A DNA stretch of 64,000 bases from an uncultured Acidobacteriota bacterium (GCA_963702345.1 CAVPCD010000009.1:87529-151528), one strand, 5' to 3'. Shown: positions 38,411 through 48,578, counted from the first letter of the stretch. Translations and numbers: made by a program. Notes: generated by a model from the sequence alone, not told the origin.

Positions 38411-41400
38411 TTGAGCGTTTCGTCTCCGTTCATTAAGCGCCCGGTCGGCACGTCACTGCTGACTATCGGGCTCCTCCTCGCAGGAATTCTTGCGTTTCAG
38501 TTCTTACCGGTTGCGCCCTTGCCTCAGGTTGAATTTCCGGTGATTCAGGTAGGCGCGTCGTTACCCGGCGCGAGTCCCGAAACGATGGCGTCGGCGGTGG
38601 CCACTCCACTGGAACGCCAGTTCGGTCGTATTGCGGGCATAAATCAAATGACGTCCACGAGCCAGATCGGCTCGACCAACATTGTTTTGCAATTCGATTT
38701 GAATCGCAACATCGACGCCGCCGGCCGCGACGTGCAGGCCGCGATTAATGCGGCCCGCAGCAATTTGCCGTCGTATTTGCCGGGGAACCCCTCATACCGC
38801 AAGGTGAATCCCGCGGACGCGCCAGTCCTCATTGTTTCGCTTACGTCGGATACCTATACCCTGCCACAGATGTATGACGCTGCCGATTCCGTGCTGGCCC
38901 AAAAGCTGGCGCAGGTGAGTGGAGTTGGCCAGGTCTTCGTGGGCGGCGCTGCCCAACCTGCGGTGCGCGCGGAAGTCAACCCGAACGCGCTGAATAAGCT
39001 TGGCATCGGACTGGATGCGGTGCGCACTGCGCTCGGGGCAGCGAACGCGAACAGCGCGAAGGGGAGGGTCGCCGACGCGATCAATACCTGGACCATCCAG
39101 GATAACGACCAGATCAAGACCGCTGACAAATATCAGTCGCTGATCGTTTCCTACAACAATGGCGCGCCGGTAAGGCTCAGTGACGTTGCCAATGTGTCGG
39201 ATTCTGTTGCCGATACGCGGGTCATCGGCCTTTCCGCGCATGGCACCAGCGACCGGTCAGCGCAGGGGAAACCTGCGGTGCTGATTATTATCTTCCGGCA
39301 GCCGGGCGCCAACATTATCGATACCGTCGACCGCGTATATGCGTTGATGCCTCAACTCGCGGCCTCTATTTCTCCGGCCATCCATCTAGACGTTGTAATG
39401 GATCGGACAACGACTATTCGCGCTTCGGTGCGTGACATCGAAATCACGCTGATGATTTCGGTATTTCTCGTCATCCTGGTTGTGTTCGCATTTCTGCGCA
39501 CCGTCCGCGCCACCATCATCCCCAGCATTGCCGTTCCGCTCTCGCTGATTGGAACCTTCGCCGTGATGTACCTGCTGCACTACAGCCTGGATAACCTTTC
39601 TTTAATGGCGCTGGCAATTTCAACCGGCTTCGTGGTGGACGACGCGATTGTTGTACTCGAAAATATCACGCGCCATCTTGAACAGGGGATGACGCCGGTG
39701 GCGGCAGCTTTCCAGGGCGCGCGCGAAATTGGATTTACCGTGCTCTCCATGAGCACCTCGCTGGTAGCGGTTTTCATTCCCATCTTAATGATGGGAGGAC
39801 TGGTCGGACGCTTGTTTCGCGAGTTTGCGGTCACGTTGAGCATCGCCATCGGAGTTTCGCTGCTGGTCTCGCTTACCACGACGCCGATGATGTGTGCACA
39901 GATTCTTAAGCCGATCCAGGAAGAGAAACACGGGCGGTTCTTCCGTGCCTCGCAGGCGATTTTTGATTGGACACTGAAGGTTTACCGGAGCAGCTTGGGC
40001 TGGGTGCTGCGCCACCAGCCGCTGACGCTGGTGGCCACCATCGCCACGGCATGTCTTACCGTCTACCTTTACATACAGGTTCCCAAAGGGTTCTTCCCGC
40101 AACAAGATACCGGGCGCGTAATGGGATCGGTACAGGCGGACCAGGACATTTCCTTCCCCGCGATGCGGCAAAAAATGGAGCAGTTTGTCAACATTGTCAT
40201 GCACGATCCGAATGTACAGACGATTGTCGGATTTGCCGGCGGCAACACGGCCAGAAACCAGGGCCGAATGTTCATTACGCTCAAAGCCAAAGGCAAGGAG
40301 CGAAAGCTGACCGCTGATCAAGTGATCGGCGAACTGCGACGAAAGCTGACCAAGGTGCCGGGGGCCACGCTATATATGCAGTCTGCGCAGGACCTAACCA
40401 TTGGTGGGCGCCAAAGCCAGGCGCAGTACCAGTACACGCTTCAAGGAGAGGATTTGAACGAACTGAATTCGTGGGCTCCTCGCTTGCTGCAGAAATTACG
40501 CACGCTAAAAGAATTGCGCGACGTTAATACCGACCAGCAGGACAGAGGCCTGGAGGAAACCATCATCATTGATCGCGACACCGCGTCCCGCCTCGGTATT
40601 TCTCCGCAAGCCATCGATAACGCGCTCTACGACGCTTTTGGACAGCGGCAAGTCTCAACCATCTATGAGCAGCTCAATCAATATCACGTGGTAATGGAAG
40701 TTGATCCGCAATACCAGCAATCGCCCGCGGCACTGGATGCAGTTTATGTAGGTTCGTCGACCGGATCGATGATTCCGCTCTCTGCGATCGCGCATTTTGG
40801 GCCCTCGAACACCGCGTTGGCAGTCAACCACCAGGGGCAGTTCCCAGCAACTACGATGTCGTTCAATCTTGCGCCCAACGTTTCTTTGGGGCAGGCGACT
40901 CAGGCCATAGAGGGGGCAAAGAATGAGATCCAGTTTCCTGCCACGATTCATGGCAGTTTTCAGGGGACGGCAGCGGCGTTTCAGGAGTCTGTCTCCAATG
41001 AACCTGTGCTCATTTTCACCGCCCTGCTGACGGTATACATCGTGCTCGGAATTTTGTACGAAAGCTTCATCCATCCCATCACCATTCTGTCGACCATCCC
41101 CTCGGCCGGTGTGGGTGCGCTGCTGGCATTGCTGGTCACAGGTCGCGAACTGAATGTGATGGGCCTGATCGGAATCATTCTTCTGATTGGCATCGTGAAG
41201 AAGAATGCCATCATGATGATCGACTTTGCTCTCGATGCGGAACGCCGCGAGGGCAAAGCTCCGCAGGACGCCATCTTCGAAGCCTGCATGTTGCGCTTTC
41301 GCCCGATCCTGATGACCACTATGGCCGCCCTGCTCGGTGCACTGCCGCTGGCTCTGGGAACTGGCGTGGGATACGAATTGCGGCAGCCATTGGGAATCAC

Positions 41401-41551
41401 CATCGTCGGCGGTCTGATCTTGAGCCAGGCGCTTACGCTTTTCACCACTCCGGTCGTCTATCTTTACATGGACCGCATTCGCTGGGCTGTGCGGCGAAAG
41501 GATCGTCCAGTGCATGGACAGATCGCGCCCGCCGGCAGCCAGGCAGATTAG
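38411..41551 (+). CDS. mdtC: RND multidrug efflux permease, MdtC-like
   Basis: 1046 aa with TTG start. SSPFIKRPVGTSLL N-terminus. Paralogous to the upstream gene along its whole length. Confidence 0.9.
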   Translation: MSVSSPFIKRPVGTSLLTIGLLLAGILAFQFLPVAPLPQVEFPVIQVGASLPGASPETMASAVATPLERQFGRIAGINQMTSTSQIGSTNIVLQFDLNRNIDAAGRDVQAAINAARSNLPSYLPGNPSYRKVNPADAPVLIVSLTSDTYTLPQMYDAADSVLAQKLAQVSGVGQVFVGGAAQPAVRAEVNPNALNKLGIGLDAVRTALGAANANSAKGRVADAINTWTIQDNDQIKTADKYQSLIVSYNNGAPVRLSDVANVSDSVADTRVIGLSAHGTSDRSAQGKPAVLIIIFRQPGANIIDTVDRVYALMPQLAASISPAIHLDVVMDRTTTIRASVRDIEITLMISVFLVILVVFAFLRTVRATIIPSIAVPLSLIGTFAVMYLLHYSLDNLSLMALAISTGFVVDDAIVVLENITRHLEQGMTPVAAAFQGAREIGFTVLSMSTSLVAVFIPILMMGGLVGRLFREFAVTLSIAIGVSLLVSLTTTPMMCAQILKPIQEEKHGRFFRASQAIFDWTLKVYRSSLGWVLRHQPLTLVATIATACLTVYLYIQVPKGFFPQQDTGRVMGSVQADQDISFPAMRQKMEQFVNIVMHDPNVQTIVGFAGGNTARNQGRMFITLKAKGKERKLTADQVIGELRRKLTKVPGATLYMQSAQDLTIGGRQSQAQYQYTLQGEDLNELNSWAPRLLQKLRTLKELRDVNTDQQDRGLEETIIIDRDTASRLGISPQAIDNALYDAFGQRQVSTIYEQLNQYHVVMEVDPQYQQSPAALDAVYVGSSTGSMIPLSAIAHFGPSNTALAVNHQGQFPATTMSFNLAPNVSLGQATQAIEGAKNEIQFPATIHGSFQGTAAAFQESVSNEPVLIFTALLTVYIVLGILYESFIHPITILSTIPSAGVGALLALLVTGRELNVMGLIGIILLIGIVKKNAIMMIDFALDAERREGKAPQDAIFEACMLRFRPILMTTMAALLGALPLALGTGVGYELRQPLGITIVGGLILSQALTLFTTPVVYLYMDRIRWAVRRKDRPVHGQIAPAGSQAD

Positions 41552-41662
41552 TCAGTTTCATTCCTGAAACGAATCAACCCTGATTACCTCGGTTACTTGC
41601 GAACGATAACTTCAACGTTACGATCTAGACTTGCGACCTTTTCTTGCCTAGATGGAGTTGAT

Positions 41663-42469
41663 ATGTTGAAGGCCTTCAGTCTTTCGGTTGCGGTCGTAGT
41701 GCTTACACTAGCCGCCACGCTATCCGCTCAGGATTACCAGGTAGTCGCCGTTGAAAACGGCGGTACCATCAGCGGAACCGTCAAGTGGGCCGGTCCCATG
41801 CCGCATCTGATGCCGGTTTCGATCAATAAGGACCCGCTCATTTGTGATCCAAACTCGAAGAAGACCCGCGACCTGGAACGTCTGATAATCGGGCGGCAGG
41901 CTGGAGTCGCGAATACGGTTGTTTTTCTGAAGGACATCTCTCGCGGTAAGGCAATGGATTTGCCTCAGCAGAGACGGTTTCTCGACCAAAGGTTTTGTCG
42001 TTACGAGCCGCATATTCTGGTGGTACCTGCTGAGTCAGAGTTGCAGATGAAGAGTTCCGATGCCACGCTGCACACCATCCATATGGATGGCGCCGCAACC
42101 TACAATTTGCCATTCCCTTTCACCAATCAGATCATCACCCGTAAAATGCCAACCGTTGGGCTGGTCAGTTTGCGGTGCAACGGTGGCCATACCTGGATGA
42201 ACGCCGAGATGTTTGTGGTGCCTCATCCCTACTACGCAGTGACTGACGAGAGCGGGAAATTCGAATTGTCGGACGTGCCGCCGGGAGAATACCAGCTCGT
42301 CGCCTGGCATGAAGGATGGAATGTCATGCGGCAGGAGGCAATGTATGACGTGCTTACCGAAAAGCGCACCCAGCGCCCGGTTTTTGCCCCAGCCAGAACT
42401 TGGGAAAAGAAAGTAAGCGTCCAGCCGAACTCCGGCGCTGTAGTCAACTTTGTGATTTCTGAAAAATAG
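41663..42469 (+). CDS. Secreted protein with cupredoxin-like core and C-terminal CarboxypepD_reg-like beta-sandwich
   Basis: ATG 41663 preceded by GATGGAG. Signal peptide VVVLTLAATLSAQ. HTIHMDG plus RCNGGHTWM gives an H...C-x3-H-x2-M pattern. C-terminal YAVTDESGKFELSDVPPGEYQLVAWHE. Confidence 0.45.
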   Translation: MLKAFSLSVAVVVLTLAATLSAQDYQVVAVENGGTISGTVKWAGPMPHLMPVSINKDPLICDPNSKKTRDLERLIIGRQAGVANTVVFLKDISRGKAMDLPQQRRFLDQRFCRYEPHILVVPAESELQMKSSDATLHTIHMDGAATYNLPFPFTNQIITRKMPTVGLVSLRCNGGHTWMNAEMFVVPHPYYAVTDESGKFELSDVPPGEYQLVAWHEGWNVMRQEAMYDVLTEKRTQRPVFAPARTWEKKVSVQPNSGAVVNFVISEK

Positions 42470-42740
42470 GCGACTAGATCTCGGCATTAGCTTCCCGCCG
42501 TCAATTAACTTCGGTACTGGTCAGTGACCGGGCCAGCGTCCACCCACCCGATTGCCTACTCGAATCATATTTTGAGCAACTTACGCATTGATGGCCGTAC
42601 GTCCTATGACATTGGTAACGTGCGTGGGGCTTTCTCTCGGCTTAGGCTATTAATAGGTTCCGGGGGCTACCATTTCCAGCAGCGGCACAAGAGCGATTAC
42701 TCAGGCGTCGGCGCGTCCTTTCATCCATAGCCTCAATATT

Positions 42741-45302
42741 TTGGTGAAGTATGTGCGGCTCTATGGCTTCGACCATAAGCGTACGCAAACCCAATTTGAA
42801 GTGGCTTGGGCCGAACTCAAGGATTCAATGCCCGTCGGCAAAGGAAATTTTGTGCTCGGGGTTTCAGGCGAGCGGCTTCTGCTGGACGGAGTTGCCATTG
42901 AAACCGGACAAGCCGAACGCGGCTTCGCCCAATTGCTGACTGCCTCCGGTCTTGCCAGCATCCAGTTTTCTACCGATGTCACTCCCGAGGAATTCGAAAA
43001 GCTGGTGCGGGCGTTCGCTTTCAACGGAGCCAAGGCGCAGGATCTTGCCGACCAGATTAAGAGCGCCTTCTCGGACAACAAGGGAAACATTCGCATCAAC
43101 GAAATAAAGTTTGTGGCCTCCGATGCCGCGTCGGTGAACATGACGGCAGCCGCGCACATCGTGGCGCAGTCATTAGGCCCCGAATTCAAAGATTGGCTCA
43201 ATGATCCCAACAAACTGGTGCAGGTAATTGCCGCAGCTGAAGGGTCGCAGAAACCTAAATCCGCAGGGGACAAAGGTCCAAAGAGAGAGGAAGGCACTTG
43301 GAGTAACTCGCCTTTCTTGCTAAACAGCAAGGAAACTCAGCAAGCCCTGCAGTTGTTGACGCGTTTCGGTGAACTGGCGGCGGTGAAATCGCCGAAGCCG
43401 GAGCTGATTGGATCAGAACTAGATTCCGCCGACGAGAAGATCAAAAACTCGGTGCTTACCTTACTCGATGAACTATCGAGCGCGGGCCCAGACCCGAAGG
43501 CAGCAAAACCCTTGTTGATGCGCGCCGCCGAGCAGCTCGCGATCCGCTATGCGTTGGAGCGTTTTGAAAGTGGCGACCTGAAAGTAAATGCGGTCCACGA
43601 CATGCTGGAGCAGATGAGCCAGCAGATGGGAAACCTGCGAAAGATTCTGCAGATGCACGAAGCCAAGATGAGCAAGGCCGGCATCATGGTGGAATCGCAC
43701 TCCGATATTCTCGATCGCAGCTTCTGGTCCGAGCTTCCTGAAAGCAGTAAGAAGAAGGCGCTGCAATCCGAAGATGCCGCGTGTGTTCCTGCCCGTAACG
43801 TGCGCCAATATGTCGAACTTCTGTTGCAGCGCAGCGATCGCGAAAGCGCTTCGGCTGTTCTTATCAATTACGCCTCGGCTGTAACGGCAAAAGATCCTGA
43901 ATACCGCTCTCGCGTGGCGGATGGTATTGCGCAGCTCGCGGATCTTTTTGCACTCGCCGGAGGAAGCGTACTGGGCGAGACCACGCAGAAGCTGGCTGGC
44001 GCAATCGCGAAGGAATCGAATCCCGAGATTGAAGCGTTATTGAGCGCCGCGTTCGTCCGCTTGAGTTCGGAAGCGTCACATCGCAAACAATACCGGGCGG
44101 TTGCCCAGGCCTGCGAAGCCATGGAGTACGTCGCCAGCCGGCGTCCCGCACTCGAGAGGGAACTGCGGTCGCGCATCGGGGTCGAGGGGCGGCTGCCTGA
44201 TTTTATCGAGGACGCTTTATCACAACCGAAATCTAATTCTGATCTGGTCGGAGTTTTGCGCCGGAACTCAAGAGCTGCAGCCGAGCACCTTGCAGACCGT
44301 TTCTTCCGCGCTATGAAACGCGAGGAGTGCGACCGCATTGTTGAACTGGTCAATGAACTTGGCTCGGGCGCGAACGAGTATTTGCGCGAGATGCTCAGCA
44401 ACGGCCCGCAGCGGCAGGCAGTTTCCTCGGTTGGTTTGATGAGCAGGTTGGACGTACCGGCCTTACTCGAATTACTTCCGTCGCGACTGACGCAGCTCAA
44501 CCGCTTTTATCACGATTTGATCGTGCGGCAGATTGCATACGGTGCGGCGGGCAATCGCGGGCGCACACTGCTTGAGATCCTCGAAGTGCTCGATCCCGCG
44601 GTGGTACCCCAAGCCTTGGACGAAATTGGGATGAGTGGTGACCGCAGCGCTGCGCCACCGCTGATCGTGATGGCGGCGGCCGGCGAGGCAGAGGGGCGTT
44701 CGCCACTTCTGCAGCTTAAGGCAATTGAAGCTTTGGGAAGGTTGCGGGAGCCGGAAGCGGTTCCGGTACTGCGAACGCTTTTTGAAGCAAAGAAGATGTT
44801 CAAATGGCAGCACCACCGTGAGCTTCGCATTGCCGCGGCACAGGCTTTGGCGAAAATTGACATGCGTTATGCGACGCAGGTTATGGCGGAGAGCAGCCTG
44901 GAGCCTGGCGAGCTCGCCATTGGCCCGCTCGATTCGGCCCCGGCATGTCCGTGGGTGCGGCAGCGTCGTTACGAACGCATCACTCTCAAACGTGTAGTGC
45001 CGGCCAGCATCAGCAGTTCGTGGGGAAAATCACAGATATCGGTCCACGAGCTGAGTCTTGGCGGCGGCATGGGAACAAAAACGGACACCTTGCGGGTCGG
45101 CTCTGACGCTGATCTTCAAATGACCGTCGGTATGAGTAAAATTCGCGCCCAGGTCGTTCTGCGGCGTGCCCACGTCAATGAAGTTGGATTTGAGTTTGTG
45201 AACATGGACCTTGAAAGCCGCCAGCGGCTGCGTCGTCTGCTTATGGGATCGCTCGATCATGGCCCCGGATTCCGGGGCGGCAAGGGCTACGAACGGCAGT
45301 AG
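42741..45302 (+). CDS. Large HEAT-repeat protein with C-terminal PilZ (c-di-GMP-binding) domain
   Basis: 853-aa ORF with TTG start. An alternative ATG at 42828 is preceded by AAGGA. HEAT/PBS-lyase-like repeats (LKAIEALGRLREPEAVPVLRTLF). PilZ motifs RRYER (RxxxR) and, 23 residues later, ELSLGGG, a (D/N)xSxxG variant. Confidence 0.6.
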   Translation: MVKYVRLYGFDHKRTQTQFEVAWAELKDSMPVGKGNFVLGVSGERLLLDGVAIETGQAERGFAQLLTASGLASIQFSTDVTPEEFEKLVRAFAFNGAKAQDLADQIKSAFSDNKGNIRINEIKFVASDAASVNMTAAAHIVAQSLGPEFKDWLNDPNKLVQVIAAAEGSQKPKSAGDKGPKREEGTWSNSPFLLNSKETQQALQLLTRFGELAAVKSPKPELIGSELDSADEKIKNSVLTLLDELSSAGPDPKAAKPLLMRAAEQLAIRYALERFESGDLKVNAVHDMLEQMSQQMGNLRKILQMHEAKMSKAGIMVESHSDILDRSFWSELPESSKKKALQSEDAACVPARNVRQYVELLLQRSDRESASAVLINYASAVTAKDPEYRSRVADGIAQLADLFALAGGSVLGETTQKLAGAIAKESNPEIEALLSAAFVRLSSEASHRKQYRAVAQACEAMEYVASRRPALERELRSRIGVEGRLPDFIEDALSQPKSNSDLVGVLRRNSRAAAEHLADRFFRAMKREECDRIVELVNELGSGANEYLREMLSNGPQRQAVSSVGLMSRLDVPALLELLPSRLTQLNRFYHDLIVRQIAYGAAGNRGRTLLEILEVLDPAVVPQALDEIGMSGDRSAAPPLIVMAAAGEAEGRSPLLQLKAIEALGRLREPEAVPVLRTLFEAKKMFKWQHHRELRIAAAQALAKIDMRYATQVMAESSLEPGELAIGPLDSAPACPWVRQRRYERITLKRVVPASISSSWGKSQISVHELSLGGGMGTKTDTLRVGSDADLQMTVGMSKIRAQVVLRRAHVNEVGFEFVNMDLESRQRLRRLLMGSLDHGPGFRGGKGYERQ

Positions 45303-45328
45303 CAGGAACTTTTGCTTGACCGATCAAT

Positions 45329-46282
45329 TTACAATCTGCGTACGCGTTTCGCGATTTCCTCGATAGCGGAATAAGGATCCCGTTTGTGTTCCGCGACCTG
45401 CGCGGCTAACCGAGAAAGTTCATCATCCGGCAGGGCCGCACGCGCTTGACGCAGCAGGGTGTCGCGCAGCATCTCCAGCAAACGCACCTCCCAGTTCTGT
45501 ACCTTGCGTTGCGAAGCCAAACCCAGTTTTTTCTGATGAGTCTCGTAGGTTGCGATTGCGTCCGCAAGCTCTTGGATTCCTCGACCATCAGTTGCGACCG
45601 TTTTCACAATCGGAGGAGTCCATTGATCGGCGCGAATTGAAAGAGATTGCATAGCGCGAATTTCCCGTTCGACTCGTTCTGCGCCGTCGTGGTCGACTTT
45701 ATTGATGACAAAAATGTCGGCGATCTCCATGATGCCGGCTTTGATGGTCTGCACGTCGTCACCCATGCCGGGGACGAGAATCACCACGGTGACATCGGCT
45801 AAGCGAACGATGTCGATTTCGTCCTGGCCAACCCCGACAGTTTCGATCAGGACCAGGTCGCGGCCAGCCGCGTCGAGCACCAGGGCAACATCGGCAGTCG
45901 TCCGCGCCAGCCCGCCCAGCGAGCCGCGAGTGGCCATGCTGCGGATGTAAATGCCGGGATCGGAAAAATGCTGCTGCATGCGGATGCGATCGCCAAGGAT
46001 TGCTCCGCCAGTGTAAGGACTGGTGGGATCTACCGCGATAATGCCAATGGTGTGTTTCTGTTCGCGGTAGTGCTTCGCCAACTGATCGACCAGGGTGCTC
46101 TTGCCGGCGCCGGGCGGCCCGGTTAGACCGATAGTTCGCGCCTTGCCGGTGTGAGGGAATAATTCCTTGAGCAGCTCAACCCATCCCGGGGAGTGATTCT
46201 CGACGGTGGAAATTGCGCGTGCGAGGGCACGCGGGTTGCCTGCGCGAAGGTCAACTATTAAAGGTTGCGTTACACGACTCAA
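45329..46282 (-). CDS. meaB: Methylmalonyl-CoA-mutase-associated G3E GTPase MeaB/ArgK
   Basis: 317 aa. P-loop GPPGAGKSTL, ETVGVGQ and VINKVD motifs. Confidence 0.88.
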   Translation of the reverse strand: MSRVTQPLIVDLRAGNPRALARAISTVENHSPGWVELLKELFPHTGKARTIGLTGPPGAGKSTLVDQLAKHYREQKHTIGIIAVDPTSPYTGGAILGDRIRMQQHFSDPGIYIRSMATRGSLGGLARTTADVALVLDAAGRDLVLIETVGVGQDEIDIVRLADVTVVILVPGMGDDVQTIKAGIMEIADIFVINKVDHDGAERVEREIRAMQSLSIRADQWTPPIVKTVATDGRGIQELADAIATYETHQKKLGLASQRKVQNWEVRLLEMLRDTLLRQARAALPDDELSRLAAQVAEHKRDPYSAIEEIAKRVRRL

Positions 46283-46421
46283 TCCAGTAAGTGTAAAGCA
46301 GCTGAAAAGAATGACGAAATACTATTGCGGGCCACGCTCATCCCGTTTTCCGGGCAACACGAAGGTAATAATAAATGCCTTACTATTAGGTGTACCTCCG
46401 GTATGATACAATGAATCTAAA

Positions 46422-46694
46422 ATGGCCAAGCCATACACAAAACGAAAAGAAAAACGGACCTTTTCCCTTTCTCCGGAATCATTGCATTTTTTGGAATCGA
46501 TGCGGAAGAAGCGAAAAAGTGCGTCGGTTTCTGCGGTTTTGGACGAACTGATCGCCCAGCACCGCCGTAGTCAAGAAGCTCATCGCATTTCCGCGTCGAT
46601 TGCAAGCTACTACGACTCGATGACGGAGGGCGACGTGACAGAAGATCGCTCTTGGGGCCAGTTTGCCGAAACTCAGCTTCCTGACGAGTCATGA
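46422..46694 (+). CDS. Ribbon-helix-helix antitoxin (MazE/CopG-like) of a type II TA pair
   Basis: 90 aa. RTFSLSPESLHFLESM...VSAVLDELI is RHH-like. 4-nt ATGA overlap with the downstream MazF-family gene. Confidence 0.65.
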   Translation: MAKPYTKRKEKRTFSLSPESLHFLESMRKKRKSASVSAVLDELIAQHRRSQEAHRISASIASYYDSMTEGDVTEDRSWGQFAETQLPDES

Positions 46695-47050
46695 TCCGAT
46701 CCCCTCTTCGTGGCGAGATATGGTTCGTCAAGTTGCCGACCGATCCTTCCGATAAGCCGGCTCGGCCTGTGGTGATTGTCTCGACTGACGCCCGCAACCG
46801 GCACGCACGTGCAAGTACAGTTTTAGTCGCCCCTCTTTCACGGTCGGTGGAGCGAGAGGTCGTCACTCACATTCCGCTCCCCTCAGGTGAAACTGGATTG
46901 TATCCATCGGTTGTGAGATGTGAGGATATAACTGTGATGCGCAAAGAATCATTGCTTGAGCCGAAGCAATCATTGCGTACGCTGTCTCACTCGCGTATCT
47001 GTCAGATCGCCGATGTGGTTCGAATCGCGATGGGATGCCCGAGACTTTGA
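46691..47050 (+). CDS. mazF: PemK/MazF-family endoribonuclease toxin
   Basis: 119 aa. RGEIWFVKLP...RPVVIVSTDARN...VLVAPLS matches the PemK/MazF core. Confidence 0.8.
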   Translation: MIRSPLRGEIWFVKLPTDPSDKPARPVVIVSTDARNRHARASTVLVAPLSRSVEREVVTHIPLPSGETGLYPSVVRCEDITVMRKESLLEPKQSLRTLSHSRICQIADVVRIAMGCPRL

Positions 47051-47057
47051 AGCCCTT

Positions 47058-48200
47058 CTAGTCCCTCAGCAATTGCCGCGCGATCACCAGTCGTTGTATC
47101 TCACTCGTGCCTTCGCCGATGGTGCATAGCTTCACGTCGCGATAGAACTTTTCTGCCGGATAGTCTTTGATGAAGCCATAGCCGCCATGAATCTGCACGC
47201 CTTCGTTGGCGCATTTGACTGCGACTTCGCTGGCGAAGAGTTTTGCCATGGACGATTCAAGCGTCGTCTTCATTCCTGCGTCTTTCATGGCGGCGGCGCG
47301 AAACGTAAGCAGCTTAGCAGCTTCGATCTCTGTGGCCATGTCGGCCAACTTCCATTGGATTGCCTGAAAATCGCTGATGGCGCGACCGAATTGTTTGCGC
47401 TGCCGGGAATAGTGCAGGGCCGCTTCGTAGGCGCCCTCCGCCATTCCCAGCGATAAAGCTGCGATCGAAACGCGGCCGCCATCGAGCACTCGCATGGCGT
47501 CAACAAATCCCTGGCCCTCAGTCCCCAGCAGATTTTCAGCCGGCAGAACGCAGTCTTCGAAGATCAACTCGGCGGTGTCGCTCGCCCGCAAACCGAGCTT
47601 GTCTTCTTTTTTACCCGGCCGAAAACCCGGCGTTCCTTTTTCGACGATAAATGCCGAGAGACCGTGGGTGTGCGCAGCGCGATCGGTCACCGCGACTACC
47701 ACCAGCACGTCGGCATAATGTCCATTGGTGCAGAAAGTTTTGGTGCCGTTCAGCACCCATTTATTTCCTTTGCGCACAGCGGTCATGCGCGCGCTGCCGG
47801 CGTCCGATCCGGACGACGGTTCGGTCAGCCCCCACGCGCCGATGAATTCTCCGGTCGCCAACTTGGGGATATATTTCTTTCTTTGAGTTTCGTTCGCAGC
47901 CAGAAAAATGTGATTCGAGCAGAGCGAAGTGTGCGCCGCAACGATAATGCCGACCGAGCCGTCAACGCGCGAAAGCTCCTCGACGGCGGTGACGTATTCC
48001 ACGTAACCCATGCCCGCGCCGCCCAGTTCGGAAGGGAAGATTACGCCCATCAGCCCCAGCTTGCCAAGTTCTTTGATCGTCGAAAGCGGAAAATCGCCGG
48101 CTTCATCCCACTTGCGCACATGGGGGGCAATCTCGCGCTCGGCAAATTCGCGCACACTTTTTTTGAGCTGCAGCTGTTCTTCGTTGAGCTGGAAATCCAA
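47058..48200 (-). CDS. Acyl-CoA dehydrogenase
   Basis: 380 aa. [14 protein letters not shown] and [16 protein letters not shown] at the C-terminus. Confidence 0.9.
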   Translation of the reverse strand: MDFQLNEEQLQLKKSVREFAEREIAPHVRKWDEAGDFPLSTIKELGKLGLMGVIFPSELGGAGMGYVEYVTAVEELSRVDGSVGIIVAAHTSLCSNHIFLAANETQRKKYIPKLATGEFIGAWGLTEPSSGSDAGSARMTAVRKGNKWVLNGTKTFCTNGHYADVLVVVAVTDRAAHTHGLSAFIVEKGTPGFRPGKKEDKLGLRASDTAELIFEDCVLPAENLLGTEGQGFVDAMRVLDGGRVSIAALSLGMAEGAYEAALHYSRQRKQFGRAISDFQAIQWKLADMATEIEAAKLLTFRAAAMKDAGMKTTLESSMAKLFASEVAVKCANEGVQIHGGYGFIKDYPAEKFYRDVKLCTIGEGTSEIQRLVIARQLLRD

Positions 48201-48275
48201 GGGCTACTCCTTCGACCAAGGAGTAATTACAACATAGGCGCAGGACTAACGAAAACTGCGATGCCGACCGGTTGG

Positions 48276-48554
48276 TTACGTCCGGGTAGCGGTGCGTTTG
48301 CCAAATACTTTCTTGGCCATCCACACTGGCGCCACGAAGACGTGTGCCGGATTGGTGAGAAACGCCGGCTTGTTGCCTTCGATGAGATGGCCGAGCCAAG
48401 CCAACGCGAAAGCAGTAGGGATCAGAAGGAGGGCAATGATCCAGTGAAACCAGACGACAATGAGAGATGAAAAACCAAGCGGAATTGCAATCAGGTGGAG
48501 CGCGCGGTTTACCGGGTGGTTGTGCGTGCCATCGTAATGCGAGTAGAGGCCCAT
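48276..48554 (-). CDS. DUF962 (Mpo1-like) small membrane protein
   Basis: 92 aa. HNHPVNRALHLIAIP plus GHLIEGNKPA pattern and two TM segments. Confidence 0.6.
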   Translation of the reverse strand: MGLYSHYDGTHNHPVNRALHLIAIPLGFSSLIVVWFHWIIALLLIPTAFALAWLGHLIEGNKPAFLTNPAHVFVAPVWMAKKVFGKRTATRT

Positions 48555-48578
48555 AGGTGCCCTCGCTTTCGGCCCGGA

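Noticed and set aside
42524-42730. 68-aa ORF in the 270-bp gap before the HEAT-PilZ gene.
   Set aside because: Non-ATG start, no SD and no recognisable features. It is treated as non-coding leader, and its function, if any, is unknown.
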